From assembly GCA_963664195.1 (NCBI GenBank), contig OY760907.1:3712001-3776000 (forward strand): 64,000 nucleotides of DNA, in the 5' to 3' direction. Source of the DNA: an uncultured candidate division Zixibacteria bacterium. Lineage in GTDB: Bacteria > Zixibacteria > MSB-5A5 > GN15 > FEB-12. Both the position numbers and the translations under genes were made by a program. Below are positions 48,589 through 58,440 of this stretch, piece after piece; positions within the stretch are counted from its first letter, which is position 1, and each line of letters starts with the position of its first letter. The notes under the pieces were generated by a model. The model made no database searches and was not told where the DNA came from. It saw only the letters and a program-made list of their open reading frames with translations.

Positions 48589-50973
48589 CTATTTATCCCT
48601 GATCTCCGCATTGAAGTCTTTCTTCAACTGCGCAATAATCTTCTTCTGAGTTTTGTCAATCTCTTCGCTGGAAAGGCTTCGTTCGGGCGAGCGATACGTA
48701 ATCGATACTCCGACCGACTTCTTGCCCTCACCTATTTGCTTGCCGGTGTAGAGATCAAAAATATCAATCGACTCGGCAATCTTGCCTGCGTATTTTGCCA
48801 CCAGGTCGACAATCTCCCCAACCTTCACGGTCGTGTCGACCACCAGCGCCAGATCGCGCGGGGCAGCCGGGAAAGTCGGCAGTGGCGTAAACTCGGCCAG
48901 ATCGCGGGCCAGCTCAAGAAGCACATCCATGCTCATCTGGGCCAGAAACACCGACTGTTTGACCTCGAACTTTCGAGCCGTTTTGGCCGATACCTTGCCA
49001 ATGGTGCCAACCCGACGACCACCGAGCATGACCGCAAACGAGATTTCCTTCTCGTAGTAGTTGACCGGCTCCGGCTCAAAACCGAGTTTCGGCCAGTGGA
49101 ACCGGGCTGACAGGGCATCCAGCGCTGCGGTGAGATCATAGAAATCCAGTTCACGAGGTCGATCCCGCCAGGTGGCGGCCGTATTGCCGGTAACAAGACA
49201 CATCAGCCGGTCTTCCTCTATCCATTCGTCCTTGTCGTTTGGCGGGAAATACACGCGGCCGATCTCAAACAAACGCATATCCAAATTGCGATGGGCCAGG
49301 TTGTGGGCCACGGTGCTCAGACCGGTATGGGTCAGATCGTTGCGCATGATATCAAGCTCTTCCGATACCGGCGAAAGTATCTTCAACTGCGGCAACTCCG
49401 GATTGAGCACCTTGCACAAGCGACTGTCTGCCAGACCGTGTCCCATAATCTCGTCAAAGCCGGCACCGGTCAGGACTTCACGGACCTCGTCTTCAAACAG
49501 GTCTTCCTCGTGCGTCGGCGTGAACAACGGGCCAATTGAATCGGTTGAGTCCGGGATAGCATCGAAGCCCATAATCCGGGCGACTTCTTCAATCAAATCT
49601 ATCTCGCGCTCAATGTCATGCCGAAAAGTCGGCGCGGTTACTTTGAGCGGGTCGGTCCCCTCGACCTCAAACTCGAGATCACGCAATATCTGTGTCATCT
49701 TCTCGACCGGCACGTCGATGCCCATGATGTCACAGCAACGTTTCGGACGAAGCTCGACCGTGTTCGGTTCGATCTTCTTCGGGTAGCAATCGACTATCCC
49801 GTCGAGCACTTCTCCCCCGCACAACTGCTGAAACAGAGCGGCCACATGCTCGGAGGTGACCGGCACATGGTTCGGATCAACGCCCTTTTCAAACCGGGTC
49901 GAAGCCTCCGTAACAAAACCGAGGTGCTTGCGACTCTTGCGGACTATTGACGGATCAAAATACGCAACTTCAAGCAGGATGTTTTTCGTGTCGTCGGTGA
50001 CCTCCGAATCAAACCCGCCCATGACACCGGCGGCAGCCTTGGCTTCTTTACCGTTGGTGACAAGGAGGACATCTTCGGTCAACTCGTGATCTTTGCCGTC
50101 GAGCGTTTTGAGTGTCTCGCCGTTTTTGGCGCGACGCACGACGACTTCGTTTGAGCCGAAGTTATCCAAATCAAACGCATGGACTGGATTGCCGGACTCG
50201 ATCATAATCAAGTTGGTGACATCGACCACGTTTGAGATGGGTCGCATTCCAGCACCGATCAACTTCTTCTGTACCCACCACGGCGAGGGGCCGATTTTCA
50301 CGTTGCGAATGATCCTCGCGGTGAAACGGGGGCAGGCATCGGGGTCTTCTATCGATACTCTGATATGATCGGAGACCTTCTCAGCGATCGGCTTCAATTC
50401 GTACTCAGGGTACTTCACTTTGATCGACGCAAGAGCGGCCAGATCGCGGGCGATCCCGATAGCAGACATAGAGTCCGCCCGGTTCGGGGTCAGTTCGAAT
50501 CCCATTACGTAGTCGTGCAGATCGAGTAGATCAACCAGCGGCGTCCCTGGCACGGCGGATTCATCCAGCACCATGATACCGGAGTGATCCTCAAAAAGGC
50601 CGAGTTCATCGGCGGCGCAGATCATCCCGGATGAGGGAATTCCGCGTATTTTCGATTTCTTTATCTTCAGGCCGCCGGCCATTTCCGCACCGACCTGAGC
50701 CACGGCGACCTTTTGTCCGACAGCTACGTTCGGAGCACCGCAGACGAGGTCGAGCGTTTCGTCGCCGATATTGACGGTCGCTTTGCGTATTTTGTCAGCG
50801 CCCTCGATCGGCTGAAGTTCGGTGACCTCACCTACGACGACTTTGTCGAGATGACGATCGAGCGGGTCGATTTCTTCGCAGGCCGTCCCGCAGAGCGTCA
50901 ACCGATCACCCATCACTTCGACAGGCCAATCGAGGCCGGTCAGGTCTTTGAGCCAACTATATGATATCTTCAT
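48589..50973 (-). CDS. pheT: Phenylalanine-tRNA ligase beta subunit
   Basis: MKISYSWL, VCGAPNV, TPNRAD, RFEKGVD and DLIEEVAR motifs; FDX-ACB tail. Confidence 0.99.
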   Translation of the reverse strand: MKISYSWLKDLTGLDWPVEVMGDRLTLCGTACEEIDPLDRHLDKVVVGEVTELQPIEGADKIRKATVNIGDETLDLVCGAPNVAVGQKVAVAQVGAEMAGGLKIKKSKIRGIPSSGMICAADELGLFEDHSGIMVLDESAVPGTPLVDLLDLHDYVMGFELTPNRADSMSAIGIARDLAALASIKVKYPEYELKPIAEKVSDHIRVSIEDPDACPRFTARIIRNVKIGPSPWWVQKKLIGAGMRPISNVVDVTNLIMIESGNPVHAFDLDNFGSNEVVVRRAKNGETLKTLDGKDHELTEDVLLVTNGKEAKAAAGVMGGFDSEVTDDTKNILLEVAYFDPSIVRKSRKHLGFVTEASTRFEKGVDPNHVPVTSEHVAALFQQLCGGEVLDGIVDCYPKKIEPNTVELRPKRCCDIMGIDVPVEKMTQILRDLEFEVEGTDPLKVTAPTFRHDIEREIDLIEEVARIMGFDAIPDSTDSIGPLFTPTHEEDLFEDEVREVLTGAGFDEIMGHGLADSRLCKVLNPELPQLKILSPVSEELDIMRNDLTHTGLSTVAHNLAHRNLDMRLFEIGRVYFPPNDKDEWIEEDRLMCLVTGNTAATWRDRPRELDFYDLTAALDALSARFHWPKLGFEPEPVNYYEKEISFAVMLGGRRVGTIGKVSAKTARKFEVKQSVFLAQMSMDVLLELARDLAEFTPLPTFPAAPRDLALVVDTTVKVGEIVDLVAKYAGKIAESIDIFDLYTGKQIGEGKKSVGVSITYRSPERSLSSEEIDKTQKKIIAQLKKDFNAEIRDK

Positions 50974-50975
50974 GT

Positions 50976-51989
50976 TTAGAAGAATTGCCTGAGAAAACGT
51001 ACGTTATTGTTAAAGAACAGGCGAATGTCCGTGATCTTGTATTTGAGCATTGCCACACGTTCCACTCCCATGCCGAAGGCGTACCCGGTGTACTTCTCCG
51101 AGTCATAGCCGGCGTTCTCAAGAACGTTCGGGTGGATCATGCCACAACCCAAAATCTCCAGCCAACCCGAATACTTGCAGAGCTGACACCCCTTCCCCTT
51201 GCAGAGGAAGCATGAAATATCGACTTCCGCCGATGGTTCCGTAAACGGGAAATACGACGGCCGAAACTTCAGTTTGAGTTCTTCGCCGAAGAAAGCGTGA
51301 CAGAATGCCACGAGGGCGCCCTTAAGGTCAGCCATGGTGATGCCCTCGTCCACGAGGAAACCGTCGACCTGGTGAAACGACACGTGAGCGCGTGTGGAGA
51401 TGGCCTCGTTGCGGAACGTCGGTCCCGGGGCGATAATTTTCACCGGCGGTTTGCGTTTTGCGAGTTCACGCGCCTGTACTGGTGTGGTGTGCGTACGCAA
51501 AACGCGCCCGCCTTCAACAAAGAAGGTATCCTGCATGTCGCGGGCCGGATGATCCGGGGCGAAATTCAGGGCACCAAAGTTGAAGTAGTCGGTTTCGACG
51601 TGCGGACCCCGGGCGACCTCAAAGCCCATGCCATAGAAGGTGCGGCAGATATCGCCCATCACCTGATTGAGGATGTGGACGGTGCCAATCCGATGCCCGG
51701 TACCGGGCAGAGTGGGATCAAACGCCGAGGCAGCTTTGCCGGTATCATACTTTTCGGCAACGGCAGCGAATTCCTGTTCGAGCCGCACTCGCGTCTTGTT
51801 GGCGGCGGCTCCGACCTGCTTGCGCTCGTCTCCTTCGAGTTTTCCCAACCCGCGGAGGATGGCCACAAGCGGTCCTTTTCGGCCCAGGTAACGGACCTGA
51901 AGCTCCCTAAGCGAATCGAGCGAATCGGTATTACCAATTCGCTCGATTGCTTCAGCTTCCAATTGTCTGACTTCGTCTAGTATCGACAT
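50976..51989 (-). CDS. pheS: Phenylalanine-tRNA ligase alpha subunit
   Basis: HPARDMQDTF, RPSYFPFTEPS and AFGMGVER motifs. Confidence 0.99.
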   Translation of the reverse strand: MSILDEVRQLEAEAIERIGNTDSLDSLRELQVRYLGRKGPLVAILRGLGKLEGDERKQVGAAANKTRVRLEQEFAAVAEKYDTGKAASAFDPTLPGTGHRIGTVHILNQVMGDICRTFYGMGFEVARGPHVETDYFNFGALNFAPDHPARDMQDTFFVEGGRVLRTHTTPVQARELAKRKPPVKIIAPGPTFRNEAISTRAHVSFHQVDGFLVDEGITMADLKGALVAFCHAFFGEELKLKFRPSYFPFTEPSAEVDISCFLCKGKGCQLCKYSGWLEILGCGMIHPNVLENAGYDSEKYTGYAFGMGVERVAMLKYKITDIRLFFNNNVRFLRQFF

Positions 51990-52004
51990 ATGCAGCCGAG
52001 CGGC

Positions 52005-52355
52005 TTATTCTCCAGATGCCATTTTGGCAAGACTGGTAAAGGTGTTCATATCGCGGGCCGCTATATCCGCCAAAGCCTTGCGATTAAGGTTCACACCAGC
52101 TTTTTTCAAGCCGTGCATGAAAGTCGAGTAATTGGTATCACACATTTTGGCGGCGGCAGAAATCCGGACAATCCAGAGTGCACGGAATTCCCGCTTTTTG
52201 TTTCGACGATCCCGATAGGCGTATTTCAACCCTTTGTGGACCGTCTCCAGAGCCGTGCGGTACAGTTTACTCCGACCGGCATAGTTGCCGCGCGCGCGCT
52301 TGAGCACTTTGTTGTGGCGCTGCTTGGCGGCTACGTTGTTCTTTGAACGTGGCAT
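52005..52355 (-). CDS. rplT: 50S ribosomal protein L20
   Basis: YAYRDRRNKKREFRALWIVRI and LNRKALADIA motifs. Confidence 0.99.
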   Translation of the reverse strand: MPRSKNNVAAKQRHNKVLKRARGNYAGRSKLYRTALETVHKGLKYAYRDRRNKKREFRALWIVRISAAAKMCDTNYSTFMHGLKKAGVNLNRKALADIAARDMNTFTSLAKMASGE

Positions 52356-52479
52356 TGTCTATATTCTCCTGTTCGAATCTACAACACTACCGTGCTGCCT
52401 GCCGCCTGTCTTTCCAGTCTCTGCGCCGCCCCAAACGACACATCCTCCGGTCGAACCTGCAGCCCGGCAATCCGGATCA

Positions 52480-52671
52480 CTAGGCAATCATTCGCAGAAT
52501 CATTGCCATGTCGTTATCGTGAATAAGGTCGGACTTGCGCAGGTTGCGTTTGCGCTTGGCCGTTTTCTTAGTCAGGATGTGCGACTTGTACGAGTGGTAC
52601 CGCTTGATCTTGCCGGTTCCAGTTTTCTTGAACCGCTTGGCAGCGCCACGCTTGGTTTTCATCTTAGGCAT
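52480..52671 (-). CDS. rpmI: 50S ribosomal protein L35
   Basis: [21 protein letters not shown]. Confidence 0.99.
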   Translation of the reverse strand: MPKMKTKRGAAKRFKKTGTGKIKRYHSYKSHILTKKTAKRKRNLRKSDLIHDNDMAMILRMIA

Positions 52672-52716
52672 TACGAACCTCGTATATCAAAAAGGTCTTA
52701 TCTACTAAACCAGTGT

Positions 52717-53325
52717 CTATTCTTCGTTTTCCGCAGCCAGTCTTTCAGCGTCCTTCTCGGCATCCTTCTCGACAGCCTTTGCCGACTTGGCCTCCTGGGC
52801 CGCTTTGATCACTTCAGAGCGCGGCGAAAGCACCATCGTCATATTGCGGCCTTCCATCCTCGGCGGCGAGTCGACCGTAGCTATGTCGGCCAGATCCTGT
52901 TCAAGTCTGACAAGAATCTTGCGCCCGTATTCCTGACGGCTCATTTCACGTCCGCGGAAAAAGACCATGGTCCGCACTTTGCTTCCGGCTTCAAGGAACG
53001 AGCGCACGTGCTTGGTTTTGAACTGGTAGTCGTGCTCGTCAATTTTCGGCCGATACCGCATTTCCTTCAACTGGAAGGCATGCTGCTTTTTCTTGGCCTG
53101 CTTTTCTCTCTTGGCGAGTTCGTACTTGAACTTGCCGTAATCCATTATGCGACAAACCGGCGGTTTGGCGTTCGGTGACACCTCCACCAGATCCAGATCG
53201 CTTTCCTTGGCCTTGGCCATGGCCTCAGTGACCGGCAGGATTCCCAACTGTTCCCCATCGGGACCGATTAAGCGAACGGGCGTAACCCTGATTCGATCGT
53301 TGATCCGTATATTGCGCTTGCTTAT
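52717..53325 (-). CDS. infC: Translation initiation factor IF-3 (non-canonical ATA start)
   Basis: The frame extends 26 codons upstream of the track ORF (RINDRIRVTPVRLIGPDGEQLG) to an ATA preceded by GAGGAGG-TTAC; also DLVEVSPNAKPPVCRIMDYGKFKY. Confidence 0.95.
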   Translation of the reverse strand: MSKRNIRINDRIRVTPVRLIGPDGEQLGILPVTEAMAKAKESDLDLVEVSPNAKPPVCRIMDYGKFKYELAKREKQAKKKQHAFQLKEMRYRPKIDEHDYQFKTKHVRSFLEAGSKVRTMVFFRGREMSRQEYGRKILVRLEQDLADIATVDSPPRMEGRNMTMVLSPRSEVIKAAQEAKSAKAVEKDAEKDAERLAAENEE

Positions 53326-53334
53326 GTAACCTCC

Positions 53335-55281
53335 TCAGTTACCACTCAGCTCGGGTTGCTCAACGATCCCCCGGCTCTCAATCTCAGCCTTCAGGAACGC
53401 GACAGCCTCATCGACAGTTTTAACACCTATGTCGCCCGTACCATGTTTTCGGACGGCAACCGAATCGGCTTCAGCCTCACGGCCGCCAACGACAAACATG
53501 TACGGAACCTTGAGCACTTCAGCCGCTCTGATTTTCGCTCCGATCTTTTCGGAACGTGAATCCAGGCTCGCGCGAATGTTCTCTTTCTTAAGCCGGTCCA
53601 CCACTTTCGCGCAGTACTCGTTGAATTCATCGGCAATCGGCAACACCTTGACCTGAGTCGGTGCCAGCCATAACGGGAAATTCCCGGCGTAATGCTCAAT
53701 CAGTACACCAAAGAATCGCTCCACAGAGCCTAACAGGGCACGATGAATCATAAACGGACGCTTCTTCTGGCCGTCGGAGTCAGTATACACCATATCGAAC
53801 CGTTCCGGCAGCGAAAAATCAAACTGAATTGTCGAGCACTGCCAGGCGCGCCCAATAGCGTCCTTGATCTGTATATCAATCTTGGGACCGTAAAAGGCCC
53901 CTTCACCTTCATCTATACTATACGGCAGACCGCTTCTCTCGAGCGCTGACTGAAGACCCTTTTCGGCCTTTTTCCAATCCTCAGGATCGCCAATCGCCTT
54001 CTCCGGGCGGGTCGAAAGGAATATGTTGTAATCCGAGAACCCGAAGGACTTCAGCATGTGGACGCAGAAATCAAGGATCCACACCAACTCATCTTCCATA
54101 TGATCACGAGCCACAAAATGATGAGCATCATCCTGAGTGAACCCGCGCACCCGCATGAGACCGTGCAGCACGCCCGGGCGCTCGTAACGATAGACCGTGC
54201 CAAGCTCCGCCCAGCGAAGCGGCAGATCACGATACGACCAGAGCCGTGATTTGTACATAGTGATATGGAACGGGCAGTTCATCGGTTTGAGCTGAAATTC
54301 CCGTTCATCTACTTTGATGGCGCCGTACATATTCTCCGAGTAGAAGTCCGCATGTCCGCTCTGCAACCACAAATCGCGGTTGGCAACATGCGGAGAAAAA
54401 ACAAGATCGTAATCGTTGGCCAGGTGCTCTTCGCGCCAGAAATTCTCAATCTGGTTGCGAATACGCGCACCGCGAGGCAGCCAGAGAACAAGACCGGCAC
54501 CGACATCCTCGCCGATAGTGAACAGCTCAAGCTGCTTGCCGATCACACGATGGTCGCGTTTTTTGGCCTCTTCAAGGCGATGCAGATACTCGTCAAGCAT
54601 TCCCTTCTTCGGATAGGACACGCCGTAAATTCGCTGAAGCATCGGACGTTTTTCATCGCCGCGCCAGTAGGCGCCGGACGACGTGATCAGCTTGAAAGCC
54701 TTGACAATTCCGGTTCGTGGAATGTGCGGCCCGCGGCAGAGATCTTCAAATCGCGAATGAGCATAGAAGGTAAGCGCTTCGTCGCCCAAATCTTCGATCA
54801 ACTCGACTTTGTAGTCTTCGCCCTTCTCACGATAATGATCGATAGCCGCCTGCTTGTCTCTCTCCTCGCAGGAGAAAGTGGCGTCTTCGGCTATAATCTC
54901 GCCCATGCGCTTTTCAATCTTGGCCAGATCATCCGGAGAGAACGGCTTTTTCACATCGAAATCGTAGTACCAACCCTCGTCAATCGGCGGACCGATCGCG
55001 AGTTTGGCGTCCGGGAACAACTCCTGCACAGCCTGAGCCATAATGTGAGAGCTGGAGTGCCAGAAGACCTCTCTGCCTGCGGCATCATCGAAAGTGAGAA
55101 TGCCGACCGGGGCATCGGATGAAATCGGGTAGCTAAGATCGCGGACTCTACCGTTGACCATGACAGCAATAGCCACCTTGGCCAGACGGGGAGAAATCGA
55201 CTTCGCGATCTCGTACCCGGTCGTACCGGAATCATAGGGACGGACAGAGCCGTCCGGAAACTGTATTTGGACCTGTGCCAT
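53335..55281 (-). CDS. thrS: Threonine-tRNA ligase
   Basis: HSSSHIMAQA, DLCRGPH, KPMNCPFH, RVRGFTQDDAH and GAFYGPK motifs. Confidence 0.99.
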   Translation of the reverse strand: MAQVQIQFPDGSVRPYDSGTTGYEIAKSISPRLAKVAIAVMVNGRVRDLSYPISSDAPVGILTFDDAAGREVFWHSSSHIMAQAVQELFPDAKLAIGPPIDEGWYYDFDVKKPFSPDDLAKIEKRMGEIIAEDATFSCEERDKQAAIDHYREKGEDYKVELIEDLGDEALTFYAHSRFEDLCRGPHIPRTGIVKAFKLITSSGAYWRGDEKRPMLQRIYGVSYPKKGMLDEYLHRLEEAKKRDHRVIGKQLELFTIGEDVGAGLVLWLPRGARIRNQIENFWREEHLANDYDLVFSPHVANRDLWLQSGHADFYSENMYGAIKVDEREFQLKPMNCPFHITMYKSRLWSYRDLPLRWAELGTVYRYERPGVLHGLMRVRGFTQDDAHHFVARDHMEDELVWILDFCVHMLKSFGFSDYNIFLSTRPEKAIGDPEDWKKAEKGLQSALERSGLPYSIDEGEGAFYGPKIDIQIKDAIGRAWQCSTIQFDFSLPERFDMVYTDSDGQKKRPFMIHRALLGSVERFFGVLIEHYAGNFPLWLAPTQVKVLPIADEFNEYCAKVVDRLKKENIRASLDSRSEKIGAKIRAAEVLKVPYMFVVGGREAEADSVAVRKHGTGDIGVKTVDEAVAFLKAEIESRGIVEQPELSGN

Positions 55282-55341
55282 CTTACATACTTAAAGCGGG
55301 GTGTTGGGCATGTCTAAGTCCCGGACACCCCGCGAAATTTA

Positions 55342-55418
55342 TGGTGGGCGATACTGGAATTGAACCAGTGACCCCTTGCATGTCAAGCAAGTACTCTAAC
55401 CATCTGAGCTAATCGCCC
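55342..55418 (-). tRNA. tRNA-Val (GAC)
   Basis: GGGCGATTAGCTCAG...CTTGC-TTGACAT-GCAAG...GGTTCAATTCC...ATCGCCCACCA: a 77-nt cloverleaf with encoded CCA. Confidence 0.98.
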
Positions 55419-55463
55419 ATAAACTTTGCCTCGGGAACCATTATGGCTCCCGCTAAGTCAACG

Positions 55464-55492
55464 AGTATATCAATAATCCCGAATCTTGTCAA
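55464..55492 (-). promoter_or_regulatory. Sigma70 promoter for tRNA-Val / thrS operon
   Basis: TTGACA-N17-TATACT. Confidence 0.75.
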
Positions 55493-55783
55493 CAGGTATT
55501 TTCGCCCTTGCCTGTTTGAGAATCCCAAGTGGGCTAAGGGCTTACGGTCCCGCGGTCCGGCACTGGACGCCCCCGCCACGACAGGGTCATTGTCGCGATG
55601 TCTCCGACCTCGGAAGGAGCAGCTCATTCAGTTACAAGTCAATGACTTACGTTACAAATCGAGCTCTCCCGGAGAACCCCCGGATCAATCACACAGGCCA
55701 ACCGGGGCCAAATCCACGTTCGCCCACCTCTGCTGAAGCCCGGTCAGACACGGGATTTCCCGCTGTGACTCTGCCGCAACTGT

Positions 55784-55810
55784 TAAAAAATTGAACAGCG
55801 GTGCCGATAT
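55784..55810 (+). promoter_or_regulatory. Putative sigma28 promoter of the glycosyltransferase
   Basis: TAAA-N15-GCCGATAT, one mismatch to TAAA-N15-GCCGATAA. Confidence 0.7.
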
Positions 55811-55878
55811 TGGTAGTAACAGGCAAGGTGCGCCGAAATGCGCCTTTGTTTTCCCAAATCGGAACTTGGAGACTGTTC

Positions 55879-58355
55879 ATGGCTAAGCCCCTGCTGACCG
55901 TTGGCATTACGTGTTTCAACGACGAAAAGTACCTGCGAATCTGCATCGATTCTGTTCTCGAGCAAACGTATCCACGTCTGGAAGTGATCGTGGTCGATGA
56001 TTGCTCGACCGACAACTCGCCTGCCGTTTTCCAGCAGTACGGGGACCGCATCCGTGTCATCCGTCACGAGAAGAACAGCGGGAGTCTGACACAGGGCCGC
56101 AGGGATGTAATCGCCGGAGCAACCGGAGAATACATCGCCCACCTGGACGCAGATGATTTTCTCGACCCTCATTACGCCGAACGCCAGATATCTGAGTTCC
56201 TGAGTGATCCCGAACTGGACTGGGTCGCCCCCAACCTGAATGTTGTCGACGAACACGGCAGGTTGACAAGTCGATGGGACTATAAGGATTTTCCAAGCGA
56301 CGCACGGGAAGGACTCATTCGCGGTTACCACACGGCCTCTGTTCCGGTTCCGAAGAACGGTCTCTTCAAGACCGCATTCCTGCGACGCAACAACCTCTCG
56401 TGGTACGAGTTGCCGGATACTCGACAGGGCGAAGATGCCCTCACTTGCATAGAGTACCTCAGGCACAATCCGAAAATCAAATTGATACCGGACTATTTGC
56501 TAAATTATAGAGTGCATGGCAAGAACATGAGCGCCAGACCTGAGGAACGGATCAAGATGGTGATCGGCCTCAAAGAGCACTACATCGCGAATCTGAGCGA
56601 AGTGCTCTATCTCAACCACCCTGCCCTTCTGGTGCCGCGGTACAACAGTCCTGACTATCTGGCCCTGAAGTTCTTCATGCTGTCGCTCGATTTCTACCAG
56701 ACAAAAAACGCTTTTAAGGTTCCCGACATCTTCAGCAATGAGCAAACCCTTGAGCGTGTCCGGGATAACCTAAGTCTCTTCGACGAACCGATTAGACGAT
56801 ACGCCAATGAATCCCTGAGCTACTCGAGCCGTTACGCCAGCGAATTGGACGAGATTCTCCGGACCGTATCCCCCGTCGACACGGACCCGTCAGGACTGAC
56901 TCCAGAAGTTCCTGCACCCTGCAAACAGGGTATCACCCGGGATGAAGACAAGCGGGATATTCAGAGCTATGAAGACATCCTCGCGATAAACCCTGAATGC
57001 TGCGAGGCACTAAACGGTATCGGCGAGCTATTGTTTGTGCAAGGTGATAAAACTCGAGCAGTTCGCTACATCCGACGAGCTGTCGAAGTCTGCCCTGACG
57101 ACCCGAGGAGTCTCAACAACGCGGCGGTGATGGCGTTCGAGGAAAAGGACTTCGAGATTGCGGAACAACATCTGCGAAGGGCTTTGAAGGCGGATCGCTC
57201 CTTGCCCGACACTCGCATCAACCTCTGCACACTGTGGGGAGAGACATACGCCAGGACGGCGCCTTCACAACAAAAGGCGAACGAAGTGTTGGAGACCCTC
57301 CGATGGATTGCCGACAACGCCCCCGACGATGAACGCGGGCAACTGCTGCTAGAGAATCGACAGCTTCGAGATTCACTTGTATCGAGATTTGCCAATCTCC
57401 TGTCCGCGTCTAACGAGAGGATATTGCTCCACCGACCGGGCAACGGAGCCCTGAAGTATCTCATGGACAGTTGGTGTGAGGTGCTCAACTTCATGGGACT
57501 GACCACCGGTGTGATTGACTGGGGAGAGAACACAGAAGCCGCTTTCAAGCGGTTTCAACCGACCGTGTTCATTACGGTTGCCGACCCTGCCTACATCGCG
57601 CAGTTGGACTATCAGTTCATATCAGGATATCGAGCCACCCACGGTTTGCGAATCGGCCATATATCGACCTTCGAGCATGCGTATGAGCCGTGCGACTTTC
57701 TTGCCACTTTTCATCTCGCTCCCGAAAGAGACGACACGTTCAAGAACGCAGACCGACCGCTCATATCACTGCCGTTCGGGATCAACCCTCTCCGCCATTA
57801 TATGAAACCCGGCATTGCTATCTGGGACTACTTTTTCGTGGGCACAAACTCGCCCTTCAAACTCAACGAGACCAAATCGTACCTCGGCCCCATTCTGGGC
57901 AAGTACCGTGGCATACTCGCAGGCACAAACTGGAACGCCGGACTCGGCGAGCTTCAGATCAAGGATGCCGCCGAGTTCTACCAATTCGCCCAGGTGTATC
58001 CCAACTATCACGTTGCACGACAGATGGAGGAATTCAACGAAGTGAACGAACCTTCATCATTCCGGCGTGCGGCGGCTTTGAACTTGTCGACAACCCGGCT
58101 GCCATGTCTGCTCTTTTCACCGACGACGAAATGGCGGTCGCCAGATCACCCAAGGAATATCACGAGATGTTCGCCCATTTCCTACATCATCCGGGGGATC
58201 GAGAGGGGTACGTCCGCAAGGGGATGAAACGAGTCTACGAAAACTACACCCTCTGTCACGTGCTCGGTCGCCTGACGGATTTCCTCGGGATCAAAGTCAA
58301 CAGCACGAAAGACCGAGCGACATCCCCGTCCGGGACTGAATCAGTCACCCGGTAG
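55879..58355 (+). pseudogene. Multi-domain glycosyltransferase (GT2 + TPR + GT-B/CgeB-like), frameshifted at ~58044-58051; candidate flagellin glycosyltransferase
   Basis: Start MAKPLL with a GGAG RBS; GT2 motifs VVDDCSTD and HLDADD; TPRs. Frame 1 ends ...EFNEVNE, and the conserved RTFIIPACGGFELVD continues in the frame of ORF 57690-58355. Confidence 0.85.
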
Positions 58356-58384
58356 TCACCCTCTCCAGATAGACTTGCACCCAT

Positions 58385-58423
58385 AAAAAAAACGGCCCCG
58401 TCATGCGAAAACGGGGCCGTTTT
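58385..58423. terminator. Bidirectional intrinsic terminator
   Basis: A-run, ACGGCCCCGT-8nt-ACGGGGCCGT, T-run, between convergent genes. Confidence 0.9.
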
Positions 58424-58440
58424 AAGTGGGAACGAAATTC

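Noticed and set aside
55296..55333. T-box or tRNA-mimic operator upstream of thrS
   Set aside because: Only ~60 nt separate the tRNA and thrS, with no T-box consensus and no Thr-anticodon-like loop on the coding strand. The hairpin is more simply a tRNA 3' terminator or processing stem.
55342..55880. Genomic island integrated at tRNA-Val
   Set aside because: No integrase and no duplicated tRNA 3' end were seen; the tRNA 3' side leads straight into thrS.
57690..58355. Independent 221-aa gene
   Set aside because: Its first ~118 residues are out-of-frame overlap; only the part from RTFIIPACGG onward is protein-like, and it belongs to the frameshifted glycosyltransferase.
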